Origin: Azolla caroliniana
Lineage: Eukaryota; Plantae; Polypodiophyta
Assembly (NCBI GenBank): GCA_043228905.1
Contig: JBHGNT010000009.1
Span: forward strand, 558,001-622,000
Direction of reading: 5' to 3'
Length of the DNA stretch: 64,000 bases
Below, piece by piece: positions 39,046 through 52,584 of the stretch. The notes under the pieces were generated by a model. That model searched no databases. It was not told where the DNA came from and was given only the letters and a program-made list of their open reading frames with translations. The position numbers were made by a program, and so were the translations under genes. The stretch's first letter is position 1. Each line of letters opens with the position of its first letter.

Positions 39046-41759
39046 CAAGTACCTCTCATTACTACTAAAGAGAGTACACATGTCTCCATAATAATAGTCA
39101 GAATCAACAATTCATCATGTCATCGGAGCGGTGTGATGTGATGTGATGGGGGGTTTGAGTCACCCTTCTGGGAATAGGCCCACAAGCCAACTAGCACCCT
39201 CTTTAAAGTCATAATATTTTCTTTTTAAGGCTGTCACAATGCTGTCTTTTATTGGCGATGATAAATAGTCTCTCTCTTATCTCTTAGAAGTGGCGACAAT
39301 GCTGTCTTTTGCTCAAATGTAGTATTTTTTTAGTGATGAATCAAATGTAGTCTATCGTTTAGTTGGAACCAAATGATCGTAACCTTTTTAACAATGACAC
39401 GAATGAAGTGACAATTTAGCCTTTATAAAGGGTAACAACATTACATAAATGTAGTATTTCTTTAGTGATGAATCAAATGCAATTTAGTGTAGTTGGCACA
39501 AAATGATTGTAGCCTTTTTATCAATGGGATAAATCTAGTTGGGTTGGCAGCAACTGGAATTCTTCATGCTTGGCCCTTTTATTATGAACCTAAAAGTATT
39601 GCACATTATTATGAGCCTAAAAGTGTTTGTGCAACTCCAAAATAAATAGTTGTTTAGGAATGGGACGACACCTACCTAATGTAGCAAAAAGAAAAAGAAA
39701 AATGGGGAATCGTGCGAAGTTTGGTAGCTCTAACATGACAATTGTGCATGTGCAATGAGGATTTGGGAATTCTTGCCTTAGTGTCAATGTGTGAAGAAAC
39801 TTATGAATAAATCTATAGCATGACAAGGGGATCAATATATAACAAAGCCATCATTGTACATCATTGTAAAGATGTGCGATGGAATTGGCTTGGTTGTTCA
39901 TCAATCCACATCCACCCCGAAGAAGATTTCGAAGTTTTTGTATGCACATTGGATCCATACATTGGTTCTATTAAATACCCAACAATATTGAAACATTTCC
40001 ATGAATGAAGGGAGTACATCAAGTCTAAATCATCAGGTGTTAAGTCTTAAATAATTAGGTATTAAATCTAAACTAGATTGTAGATAATGTGATTCTATCA
40101 CCATCAATGTATTGAATGCACCCTTCTTGTTCAGATACAACTACACTTCTGAAGCCTATGGCTCAATATAGTTGTGGCTTTTGGTTATAACAAAGTCGTC
40201 ATCGTGAAGTGGAGTTTCAGGTATAACAAAGTCATCACGGTGAAATGGTGCCACTAGCAAGTTGATGTATATGGGACTCGGGAGGACGGTTCTTTTTAAT
40301 TGTAAAGAAGAGAATACTACATTTCCGTTACCTATGGGTAATGTTTGGACTTCCCTTTTAAAGATTATGTAGAAAACGACAAGAGGGTTCTATTTTTTTG
40401 AAAACATATGTTTTTCATGAAATGTCCTACTCAAAATGCTATATTTCCGATCTTATTTCAACATTGCAAAAATAAATAATCAAAACTTCTATATTAAGCC
40501 TAAAACATAGGAAACGTTCTCCACACAAAGTGATGAGGAAAAAGTCATTCCAACGTGGTTCCATTGAGGGTTTTGAAGATGCTAAACAAATTGCTACATT
40601 ATCTACATACAAGAAAACAAGAGTTACGTTACAAACAAAACGTCAATTGATAAATTCAACACACTAGATGATGAACATTAGGCTTGAGTGAGACCCAGGC
40701 TTTTGAGCATGAAGCTTAATCATAGAAAATTAAGTGTCCTCTTTATTGGTACTAAATGTAAGAATCATCTCGGTCTCATGTACTAACCCTCCTTCGTTCC
40801 CTAGCTCATAAAACAACAAAAGGCATATACTTTGTTGAAGCCGGTTGGAACTTATTTGTATTATAAATTATGGAACAACATAGTGTGGCTTGTGGGGAAA
40901 TACCAACTTAGGAAGCCTCTAACAAATCGTGCATCTCAAAGGCTCGATAGCAAGGGACATGTCTACATAAATCTACCTCTAGTAATGTGATTGCCTCCGA
41001 AAACAATCAAGGGAGGAGAAGCTCAAGGATTACAAGGTGAGCAAATGAAATACCTAAAAATAATGCCCACAAAGTGCTAGAGAATATAGGTCCTATGTAG
41101 TGAAATTGTTATCAAGGGTCATAATGGACGGGTGACATTGATCACAATGAGTCCAATCCCATTTGTTATAGGGCCACACTAAGCCAATTGTACTTACTAC
41201 TACCTATTGGGGAGACTAGGGGATTGATTAGTCACCGAACAATGGAGGAAGGAACATGTAAATGGAAATGGAAAGATTGTTAGATGGGTTATGTCTATCC
41301 CTTTTCTCGCCTCGTCCTCGTCCTCTCTCTCCCTTTTCCTTTTCTTGTTCTTTTTTTATCCCTCTTGCTTCTTTTTGTAATGATTACTAAGTTGTTGATG
41401 TGCATGAGGATGAATGTGGGGTTGCCATAACAAACTCAATTGCTCACATGGCGTTTGAACATATATGCTCTGGGGCCACTTGTGTACATGAAAGATCACC
41501 TACCTTTGTGGTAAGATTATAATCACCGTTTCTCATATGCAAGAGACATACTCTTGTACTCGATGTAAATGATATATATCATACCCACCGCCATCATGAC
41601 AAGTAGAAAGATTGTGGTGGTCCTATACAATCCAAGAGACCCCCCCCCCCTTTTGTTGTACGAATTGTTTATTATAGTTCATTGTATAGTTTATTAACAT
41701 TTGATTAAGAACACCATCAAGGTAATTTTCTTCCGTTTTGTTAGTACAAAATTCTTACC

Positions 41760-41810
<51 letters not shown>

Positions 41811-42748
41811 ACACGTATGTTATTTAATCTATTTCACATTGTAGAGCTATATTCTCTAGTTATTTACATCATATATTCATCAACAAAAGCCTCTTATGTT
41901 GCTTGTCTGTTATTCTTAAACTCGCCCTTTCGTTGAAAAGCTAACTCATGAGTCAAAGTGAAGAGGAAGACAAGAAGAAGGAGAAGAAAATGCCATCAAT
42001 CATGACCAATCAAAATGGAAATCTCCCTCCTAAGCGAGGAGAAGCTTCATTGAAGAAAACTTTACATTGTAGGACATGGATCTTGGGTTTATATTGACTA
42101 AAACCTTGACACCATGATAACATTGTAGCGCATCAAAGGCCACTAGGACAGATAGGAAAATCCATTGTGTCATCCTAAATCAAGGACATCATATATCCTC
42201 TCGAAGAGAGAAAGACTTGCATCAAGCAAGCCTGATAATGCTTGGTGCGGCTATGTTGCTTATATATGTAAAAAGCGAGCTTGTGAGAAGCAGAGAATTG
42301 CAATCTGCGAAGAGCCCGAGTGCGAGTGTGATGTCAAAGTAAGCATAAGAGTGATGCCGAGTCTGATTCGATGAGAGCTAAACAAAAGAATTGCACCGTT
42401 TAGTAGGCATCATTATGAAGGACAACTCAACCTTGAGTGTTCAGTTGGGGGGTGGGGGGGTGCCAAACTAAGCAGTGTTTCATAAGAGGGTGTGAGGTTT
42501 TGGAGATGAGCCAGGGTGGATTATTTCATATAGATGGTCAAGGACTCAAGAGTCAAGGATGAGAATGAATTCATTATAGGTACTTGTATAGGGGTAGGTC
42601 TCATACTTGAAGTCTCATCTCCTCTTATGAGAATACGAAGGGTATATCTGAGATTAAATGAAACGGAAGCCCCTAAGGGGAAGGGCACCCGCGGAGATAT
42701 AAATATACAAAAACCTTCCAAAAACTCAGACAAGAAAGAAGGCCGGCG

Positions 42749-45700
42749 ATGGCGACTCAAGCTCGTCCTTCCCTTCCCGAAGTCGGATGGGACAGGTAAA
42801 CAAACTCTCCTGCTAACACAGAAACAGAAACAGAAACAGAAACAGAAATAGAAACAGAAACAGAAACAGAAACACAGACAGATTAGACATAAAAAGTAGC
42901 AGCGAACGAGCAATGGTGTCCCCATGCGATGTCTCCATTACCATCTTTATTTTTTCCCCCTCTTTGTTTAACAGGCTGTAATCTCTATGATTAATGTTAA
43001 CTTGGCATTCCAGATTGGACAAGACGAAGTTTTATGTGGTGGGGGCCGGCCTCTTCTCCGGAGTTTCCATTCTTCTGTTCCCCATCTCGGTGGTGAAGAC
43101 GAGAATGCAGGTGGCTTCAGGCAAAGGGGAAGTTGCAGCGGGCGCAGGAGCTGTTATGAGGAGCATAGTGAGAGTTGATGGGATTCGTGGTCTATACAGA
43201 GGGTTCGGCACTGTCCTGTTTGGCACCATTCCCAGTAGAATTGTAATGCTCACTAGCTTGGAGACCACCAAATTAGCAGCCTCAGATTTCACGAAGAACC
43301 TTGGTATGTCTGAAGCTGTGCGAGTCCCTCTGGCCAATGGCATTGCTGGCCTCGTCTCCTCTCTGCTCTCCCAATCCGTGTTTGTGCCAATTGATGTGGT
43401 GTGTATAGATTCTACCTTCTCATACATGTAAATCAAACTATACTTATATGAAAGTCTTTTCGTACTGATAATGAATAAAGTGAAGATAGTAGATGTTGAG
43501 GATGATGCTGTCTGAATCTTGACATTTATGAAAGAAGATCTCAAGATGAAAAAACCTACCTTTTTTACACTCCCAAAAGAAAAAAAAACAAGCATATCCA
43601 TTGGACATATAAATTAAGCTATGAAATCCAACATTGAAATGATTGTTTCTAATGTATGCATCATGGTCTTCAAGGAGATGAGCCATGAAACCCAATTGTA
43701 CCACCAGTGGTCCTAATGTATACACATGATGTACATGTCTAAAGCTCGTCTAGATCTATAATTGAAAATATTACAAGAATAAATACTAGAAATGTTTTAA
43801 TATCTGGCCTCAACAATGTCAATTGAAAGGTTAGGCCGTTATTCTATTAAGATTCTCATGATAGAGCCATAACTGGAAGGTTATAACATTCCAAAGGCAA
43901 TGACATTCACTTTAGATCAGCATTGAAAATCCCCAATTATTTATATAGTCACGTTTTAAAAGATAGACTTAGATAGGGTCAAACATAAAATGGTCAAGGA
44001 CACAAGCAATATTCATTGGTTTCATTTCATTTTAAAGAACATGGATCAATTCCATAAAATAAATAAGTGCGTAATTATATGTGGTCAGTACATGACCAGT
44101 GATTAGCACCCTTTTCAGCATTTCTTTTGTTGATACTTAAATGGAAGATAATACATTATACAATAAGATAGAACTCAAACCCTGGAAACATTGCCAACAA
44201 CCCCATTCCACTAAAACTAAATTTTGAGTCCTGTATCAAAAGAGAGGCTGGTTTGGATACTACATGTCTTTCTCATGTTGGTAAGTGTCACTCCTTCAGA
44301 AAACATCCTAGCCCTCTTGCTTATCCACTAAGTCATAACGTTTAAGTGACTTTATAATGCACAAGTTTACAAATGGGGGGCCAAACACCTATAAGAACCC
44401 AGAGTCACTTACAAATTTTAAGCGACTTTGAAGTAGGCTAACTTAGAGTGACTTTATAATGCACAAGTTTACAATTGGAGGGCAAACACACATAAAACCC
44501 CAGAGTTACTTACAATTTTTAAGTGACTTTGAAGTAGCCTAACTTAGAATGACTCTATGAAGCACAAGTTTACTTAAAGTGACATGAGAACTTAATGCTC
44601 AGCATTGTCTCCTTGATGCAAGTAAAAGTAAAAAAAAATAGAAGTAATTATTAGGTAATTATTAAGAGGATGACCCTTGAGAAAATGTTTTCCTCATGAA
44701 TAGCAATATAGATGGAGAAGCAGCACCATAGTCTAGAAGTAAGGATGATTTTGATGAGATGTTGCAGTAATTTCTCATGGAGCATGATATTAATATCTAC
44801 CTGTTAGAGATTTATTCTAATATAAGCATGTAAATAAGGAAATAGAGAAGATAATAAAGGATGAGTTTCACGAGATATTGTATTAATTTATCATAGAGCA
44901 TGGTATTAATATCTAGATGTTAGAGGTTTATTCTAATGCAAGCATGTAAATAAGGACATAAATAAGATAATAATAGGAAGTATTGTCACCTTTTAAGTGG
45001 GTTTTTATTGACTATATTAGGTATTGGGGGATGTGGTTTAATTGGAACATGAGAAATGGGTTCTTGTTTGATGGACTTCATGGGGTAAAACAACAACTGT
45101 GTAGAATGAAAGGGGAGTTGATTTGACAATTTTTGCAACTATGTTGGGTGGGGACGTTGTTGCAAGATGAGGTAGAGTTATGTCATCTAGTATTACAACA
45201 CTTGAGAGGGTTTACCTTGCCATATCACTACTAATGAAGTAGTGGAGATAGCATGGTTGTATTATCATCTTGTTTTAATAACAAGCATACATTTACGAAA
45301 AGAAAGAAAGAAAGAAGGGTGCCAATCCACCCGACATCCCCGAGCATAGGGAATAAGATGAACCTGAGCCTTCAACAACATCCCATACCATTGCATCTGA
45401 ACCTTGAAGAGCATCCCATACCATTGTTGTGGGCCGTGGCTTTGAGTCGTACCTGGTGCTGGTGCGCGCTCGCCATAGGAGTCTGATCACCACGAGATCA
45501 CAGACTCGACGTAGTCGAATAATGCCCCAATGAGAATAGCAAGGCCTCATATTTATAGCCAAACCCAAGGGCCCCAGGCAGGTTCACACTTGACCCTTAA
45601 GGGTTGTCTCAATCCCTAGGATTAGAAGTAATCCTCCCTTTACATTCTTGAGTAACCCTCACACTCTTATCCTCATGTGTAGAAAACTATGGTACAAACT

Positions 45701-48700
45701 ACCACAGGATAAGTTATGGTTATGCCCATAACACTAGCTCTTGTAGAGGGATGATCGATATGTCCTGAACTTTCCCAAAGCATGTCAGTTGAATACCTTT
45801 TCTCAATGAGATGTAAATTGCGATGAAAATAAACAAGCCACTCTAGTTGTGTTGTATTTAAGCTCACTTGAGAAGGATGGGAAGTCACATTTGATTTTAA
45901 ATTTATCCACCATAGTTTATACATACAACATCCTGATCAATACAATGACTCAAGAAGAGCATGATGTCCATGTTTGGTTTATCCGACATTGTAGAAGCTC
46001 GTCGGTGCACCCATCTTTTTTGTTAGAAAGAGAGATGGTTCTCTTTGTTTGGTCATGGAGTATCAAGTACTCAACAAGGTCACAATTGAATTAGATATGT
46101 TTTGCACCTCACCGAGGGCCTTTAGAGCATCTCAGTGGAGGAAAATACTTTACAAAGCTAGATCTTTGTAGTGTATTCAACCTTGTGTGGATTTGCCCAA
46201 GAGATGAATGGAATATTGCTTTATATGGACATTTTGAATGCGCAGCTATGTTTTTTCGTCTCATGAATGTATCACTAATTTTTCAGCATATGGTGAATGA
46301 CATTTTCCAGGACCGTATTGAGGTAAAGAATAGAAATAGCGTATCTTGTGCCTATACCACTATTATCCTTGGACTTCATGCATCTATGGCACATACAACC
46401 ATCTAGCCTTAACTCCAATCCACCAACATGTTGCACAGAATTCATTTCCATTATTGTCATGGGCTGTGATGGAAGATGCAGAACATAGCAGTCCATTCCT
46501 GCTGACTATAGGGGCCACACTTGGGGTGGCAATACTTCCTCTTGGGGAGAATGGGGTAGATTGATACCCATCATACTTTGATGGCTAGCTGGGTTAGCAT
46601 CATGCAAGAAAGGTGATTTGTAATTACACTTACATGACAAGATTAATATACTAGCTAATAGAGGGTGGTTAGTCACTCAGGCAATTGACCTGTAAGCAGA
46701 TACATGTGTATATGGGTATATGCTAAAACAGAATCAAAGGGGAAGTGACATTAGGATTGAAGGTCATTCCAAATAATAAAATCCTGACATAAATGCTGCC
46801 ACTAGACAACAGAAATGAGAAGGAAATTGAATGGAATAAAATTTTAAACAATTCCTGGAACCTGTAAGGGTTAGGACTGATGTCAATAGGGCTAAGGAAT
46901 ACTCAGGATTCACCCTAGTATAGACCCTTTAGATGCAATAATGGAGCTATGGTAAAAAAGATAGATAGAGAGAGAGAGAGAGAGAGGGAGGGAGAGAGAG
47001 GGAGGGAGAGAGAGGGAGAGAGAGAGAGGGAGGGAGAGAGAGGGAGAGAGAGAGAGGGAGAGAGAGAGAGCAATAGTTGGAGGAGCTCACCTTGAAGTGA
47101 GATCCAAAAGTTTTTAACTTATGTTTTATATGGCCCATTTAAGGTTTGCCAAGTTCACACTGAACTTGGCCCAAAAATAACAAAAAGGTGATGACTGACT
47201 TTTGGCCTTAATAAATAGGCCTATATATATGTACACACTATAAGGGGGTCATTTAGGGCCTTTACCCCAACAGGACCTTCCCAAATTCCAAACACATGCC
47301 ACAAAAAATCCAGCTACAAAAAACTGAAAGAAGGTTGAAAAAAGTGGAAAAATGGCCAATATTTTTTAGTAAAATATCTTGATCAAAACTGTTGGTAATA
47401 GCAGATTTATGTGTATGAGCCAATATTTTATACTCATCATCATGGCTTTCCCTTTCTTATTTTTCTTAATTTCATTATGTATCACTTACTCGGATTTGAA
47501 CTGAAAGGGTTGGGATTTGTGTGAGTTTCTTTTGTTGGATTATGCCATGATAGTTAACAGTTCTATCGTTGTCATTCTGAGTTAAAAGTTGTTGTTTTAA
47601 TATTCAGATTAGTCAAAGACTTATGGTACAAGGTACACCTGATGCAAAAAAGTACTCTGGTGGACTAGATGCTGCACGCAAAATTCTCAAAGCTGATGGA
47701 GTTCGTGGACTTTACAGAGGTTTCGGGCTGTCTGTTATGACTTATGCACCAACTAGTGCAGTATGGTGGGCTTCATATGGTGGTGGCCAGAGGTTGATAT
47801 GGAAGTAAGGAAACATTGGTCCCCAATCATAAGATATTCACGAACTGAAGGCCTTACTCTCTGTTTGTATGCCATTTCCTTACAATCTGCATTTGTTTTG
47901 TTTGTTAGATCTGCACAACGTATTCTCGCTTTTTGATGGTATATGGATTACATTAACTACAAAATGCTGTTGTGCCCAATATATGGAGAAGAGAAAAAAT
48001 GGCTAAGACATGTGGGTGGCTTTTTAATACAGAGCAGGATGACATATACATGTATGCCCATAGTCTGGCCTGCAAGTTGTCTATAAAACGATCCTTAATT
48101 CACAAGGTGAAACCATAGAGATGATTAAGCCACATTTTGATGCACTATGGTTCATTTAATGAGATTAATATAATATATACTCTTTTACGAATACATAAAG
48201 ATGGCCACAGCCATATGACTATGCTTTCTAGCAGAGCTGGATATCATTCACCTCATACAAAGTTATATTTAAAGTATTTCAAATTTCTGCAGGATAGTAA
48301 TCTGAGCCGAAACTTGAGAGCAGAGAAGATGATAACATCTCCATATTGATGCATTGGGATCCAATATACTGAGCTTTGAAATATATGATTCCTATATATG
48401 CATTACAGATAAGCCCAGTGGGAAATGACCAAAAATGCTTCCTTCATGAAATCTATTCTAACCCCTCTCAGGTTGGTTAGCTTGAATTGTGTTCTTGGGA
48501 TCATCTTTGAATGTTGATTGTTTGAACTTTGATAATTATCTTCCGGCGTTCTATTGGAGCCCACTAGGTCCTATGTTCGTTAACCTGTCGTAATTTTACA
48601 GTCCTGCTATTTTTCTGTCATAATTTTACAGGTAGTGCTATTGTGGACGAATAGTCCTGCTTCTATGCCTGTGTTATTATTAGTCTTCCTGCAGAGCGCA

Positions 48701-50628
48701 CTAGGTTCCATGCTTGCTATTGTGATCATTTTATGTTTCATTTTTCCTTTGGAGATGATAGTGGATGAAGCTTCCGGCAAATTTAGCACAAGTTCAAATA
48801 TGCGGTTGCTGGTGCGCAATGACTCTTGTATGAAATATGAGACCCCAGGAGAACGTGACAACATTTATTCCCTGAAGACAGGGTTTTGTTAGTCATAGCC
48901 ATGGCATTTGTGTCTATTTATTGGCAGAGCCATAAGGGGAGCTCAACCGAAGAACTATTCAGTGAACTATACGAATGTCCAATTAACACTATTTACATTA
49001 TTTCTTTTTGAAAGCACAAATATCTAATGCTGAACATGGTAGCTAGTGACTTGATAGAAATAAAGGCAGTTCCTAATAATAGAAATCATTTTTCCTACAT
49101 GAAGAAAATGTTGGCCTGCCATTACCTTTGGTAGGAAATGCGTTTCCTAACTAGTCACAAGATAATGAATTGGAACCTGGAAAAGGTGGACAACCGGCGA
49201 GAGTAGTAGAGCAATTGCTCCATACTGTCTAACAGCAAGAGACCACCTAGGTGTTAGAAAATTACTGGAAATTATACCCTAAAAACAGGGAGGGCTGAAG
49301 AGGTCATAGTTATTAGGAAACATGCATTTTATGTATAGAATATGTTTTAGAATACTCCAAAGTATTCCACATGTATTCTACGTTTAGGAGGGGAATTTAA
49401 ATTCTACAAGCAGAGCTGTATTCTATTCTAATACCTGCCATTTTATTGGACAGCTTGGTATGGAGGGAAATCACCTTTGCGTCTACTCCAGCTAAAAATT
49501 TAAACGTCATGTTTTGTAGTATATGTAATTGATTATTGGACCCTTTTGATATGTAGTTGCAGCACCTCTGTTATGAAACCAACATGAGCTTGCAAGTTTC
49601 TCAGTTTTGAGGCTGATTAGAATGTGAAGAACTTGGGATAGGCTTATTGGAAGGCTACTCAGTCCCTCAGGCAATTGAGTTTTTCTTCACTTTTAGAAAG
49701 CATAAGCTCTGTAAATGATACTGTTTCTTCACCCTCAAACTGCAGAACACTAGCCTTGCTGCTGGTCTCACTAGGTGATCAATAATTATGTAGGATTCTG
49801 TTGACTCTTTATTATCAGACAGTGATGGTTCCCACCACCCTTCAAATTGCACGCAAGGACCAGTGTCACTCAGAAGTCGTGAGCAGCGTGGCTATTTTAT
49901 TGAGATTAGAATGTAGCCCATAATAAAATTTTCCTCTTTTGCTCTAGTAAGAAGCCTATGTATCCCACATATCTTTAAATGTACACACATGTGATCAGCT
50001 GTGGCATGCAAACAAGACTATGAAAATGGGTTTTACGACACTCGAATAAATAATCATACTGATACAGTCGTAACAGTCCTCTCTGAAATCCTTTTGCAGA
50101 GGTTTGGGATACAACCAGGCAGATGGTGATGAGGCCAAACCAAAGCAATGGCAAGTTGTTTTAGTTCAAGCGGCAGGAGGAATTATTGCAGGTGCTGTAG
50201 CATCAATCGCAACTACTCCGTTAGACACGATCAAAACTCGTCTTCAGGTCAAACAAAGATCTGTTTCATACATTAAGAGTAAATTTAAAGCAAGCTTTTT
50301 TTCTCACCACTTCATATTCACAGGTAATTGAAACAACAAAGAGACCCACCATTTTGTCTACAGTTAAAACACTTCTAAAAGACCATGGACTGAAAGGATT
50401 TTACAGGGGACTTGGTCCGCGATTTGCAAGCATGTCAGCCTGGGGTACATGCATGATTGTGTCATATGAGTTTTTAAGTATGTGAATGCAGCCCTTCATT
50501 TTTTGGATCCTAAGTTCATTTATGAAACATGTAGTCAATTATGGTATTATACATGGAACTAACAAATGTTTTCATTTGGGTGATATGACCTTGTAACAGA
50601 ACGACTATCTGCAAAACAAGAAACTTGA
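42749..50628 (+). CDS. Mitochondrial carrier family protein, SLC25A44-like. Exons 42749-42795, 43014-43398, 47608-47804, 50100-50247, 50324-50477, 50600-50628
   Basis: MATQARPSLPEVGWDR/LDKTKFYV. Three carrier signatures: PISVVKTRMQ, PIDVISQRLM and PLDTIKTRLQ. GLYRG/GFYRG motifs. GT-AG introns stay in frame. Confidence 0.94.
42817..42875. repeat. (ACAGAA)n hexamer repeat in carrier intron 1
   Basis: Read directly. Confidence 0.9.
44344..44585. repeat. About 103-bp tandem repeat, about 2.3 copies, in carrier intron 2
   Basis: GTGACTTTATAATGCACAAGTTTACAA...CCCAGAGT.ACTTACAA.TTTTAAG.GACTTTGAAGTAG.CTAACTTAGA is repeated. Confidence 0.85.
44760..44980. repeat. About 116-bp diverged duplication in carrier intron 2
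   Basis: GAGCATG.TATTAATATCTA..TGTTAGAG.TTTATTCTAAT..AAGCATGTAAATAAGGA occurs twice. Confidence 0.8.
45960..46315 (+). mobile_element. Ty3/gypsy reverse transcriptase relic in carrier intron 2
   Basis: FIRH..., FTKLDL.SVFNLV.I.PRDEW...YGHFE...M.F.L.N...FQHMVNDIF match the gypsy RT consensus. Confidence 0.75.
46968..47070. repeat. Compound (GA)n/(GAGG)n purine tract
   Basis: Read directly. Confidence 0.95.
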
Positions 50629-52584
50629 GATATTGCTTGTTCTATTTATATACTAGCAAAAGATAGATATATTTCATAAACGTTTTATTGGCTGCAATCA
50701 TAACCCAAATCTGGTATCTGTAACTATTGGACAGAATATATTCATGTACGACATAATAAAGGTAAACCGAAATGTTCGATTCTATGTATATTCCGGATCT
50801 CTAGAACTTTCAGTGATTGATTAATTTTGTCATTTGTTATGCAGCTGTTTTGAAGATGGAAGATGCCAAACAATTTGTTGGAGATGGTGGCATGTACATT
50901 TATCATCTACAAGGTGGCCAATATACATAGAAAGTTAAGAATCATAGGCTTAGGAAAATTACGCAATGACATTCCGTCATTATTGGACAGAACATACATA
51001 CACACACACACATGTGATAAGACTGCAGTACAAAATGGTCCTAATTTTTGTTGGGAGTATATAACATTAAATTTAGCATGAAGGTGCTATGCTTTCAATC
51101 TTTTAACAAAAGACTCCTCCTTTAAATAGATGCCTCAACGTACTTATTTATTTAATTTAATGGTCTCGTTATTTCAAGTTAAACTGCATCAAAAATTGAA
51201 AAGGCTGTTCAATGAAAGCACTTTTGCCTAATGCATGGGCACTCTTTGTGCATGGTCATTGAAGATTTTGTCAAAACATTGTTGTGAGCAAAGAATGAAA
51301 TCCAGTTAATGTAGCATGAGCTTTTTATGGGTATGTATTAACTATTGTTATGCTATTATGGTTTCGACCTAGGGGAATTTTTGTGCGAACAAGTATCAAC
51401 GAACCATCAGAGTGGTTGGCTAACTAATGCAGTACATGGGTTACTAAGTTAAGTTTAGCAATCATGATATATTGTAACAACTTGGATAATGGTGCTAAGG
51501 TTTGCCAAATGCAAGCTGCCAAGCTGTACTTGTATCTACTCATGTAGGAGGACATGAATATATGTCTCTTTGTTGTATAATTCTTATGTTGTAATCAAGC
51601 TTCAAATGGTGCAAAACCAAAAGCATTATGGGCTTCTTTGAACCTCTTCCCACTCACATTAAGACTAAGGAAGTACTCCCCTTGTTTGACAAGTTATTAG
51701 AGCATACTAGCTTTCTCCTTCAACGTACATGCCACAAACTAAACATATTCATGTGTTTATTCAAATGATTTAAGTTGGTTGGACATGGCATCATTTGTAT
51801 GAGGGATGGAAGTCATCACCTCCCCAATGCATCTAGTTGATTGCATGTAATATGACCAAAAAGATGCAAACAAGAATAGTGCAAGACAATTGGACAAAAC
51901 TTAGTTCAAGGTTGTGTGGAACATGTAGAAATGGTAAGACATGATGCGAATTGCACAAAGCCAAAATCCCACCAGCCAATGATGGCCATAGCAACTTGAA
52001 AACAACATAATGACAAGATCGACATGGTTGAAACTTGAAACAACCAAGCCAAAAAACAAGTACTTCCATGCTAGCAAGGTCATAGAAATAGCGATTCTAT
52101 CATGAACATGATCCAAACGAGATGAGGTCAAAGGGAGAGATTATGGTTGCACAAAGTTAGAAGAGATAAGGGATCAACTCATTGGGCGGGAGGTGGGCGC
52201 CTTTGGCTATGGGCGGCCGGGTGTGTATTATAGAGGAAGATAGATAGATAGAATAGAATAGAATAGATAGATAGATAGATAGGTGGATCCATAAAAGGAT
52301 TTGAGCCCATCCCCATCCCATTTGAGGAGGATTTCCGATTGGAAGCTCCTGCCTTTGCTTTCTTTCGATATACATACATATACATACTTTGTTTTGTATA
52401 TATACAGATTAGATCGCCATTCGGGCACTTGCCCATCCCCTTCAGATCGGCCATCTCGCTCTCTCCTCGTCTTTGATCTTCCCCGATCTGCTTCATGCTC
52501 CCAGATCTGGACCTTCCTTCTCCCGCATCCTTCCATTTTCTCATCTAGTTCTTTCCTTGTGATCAGTCAGAGGTTGATTGATCC

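Noticed and set aside
41109-41600. Solo LTR (TGTTATCAAGG...CCATCATGACA)
   Set aside because: The TG..CA ends are loosely inverted, but the flanking 5-mers do not form a TSD.
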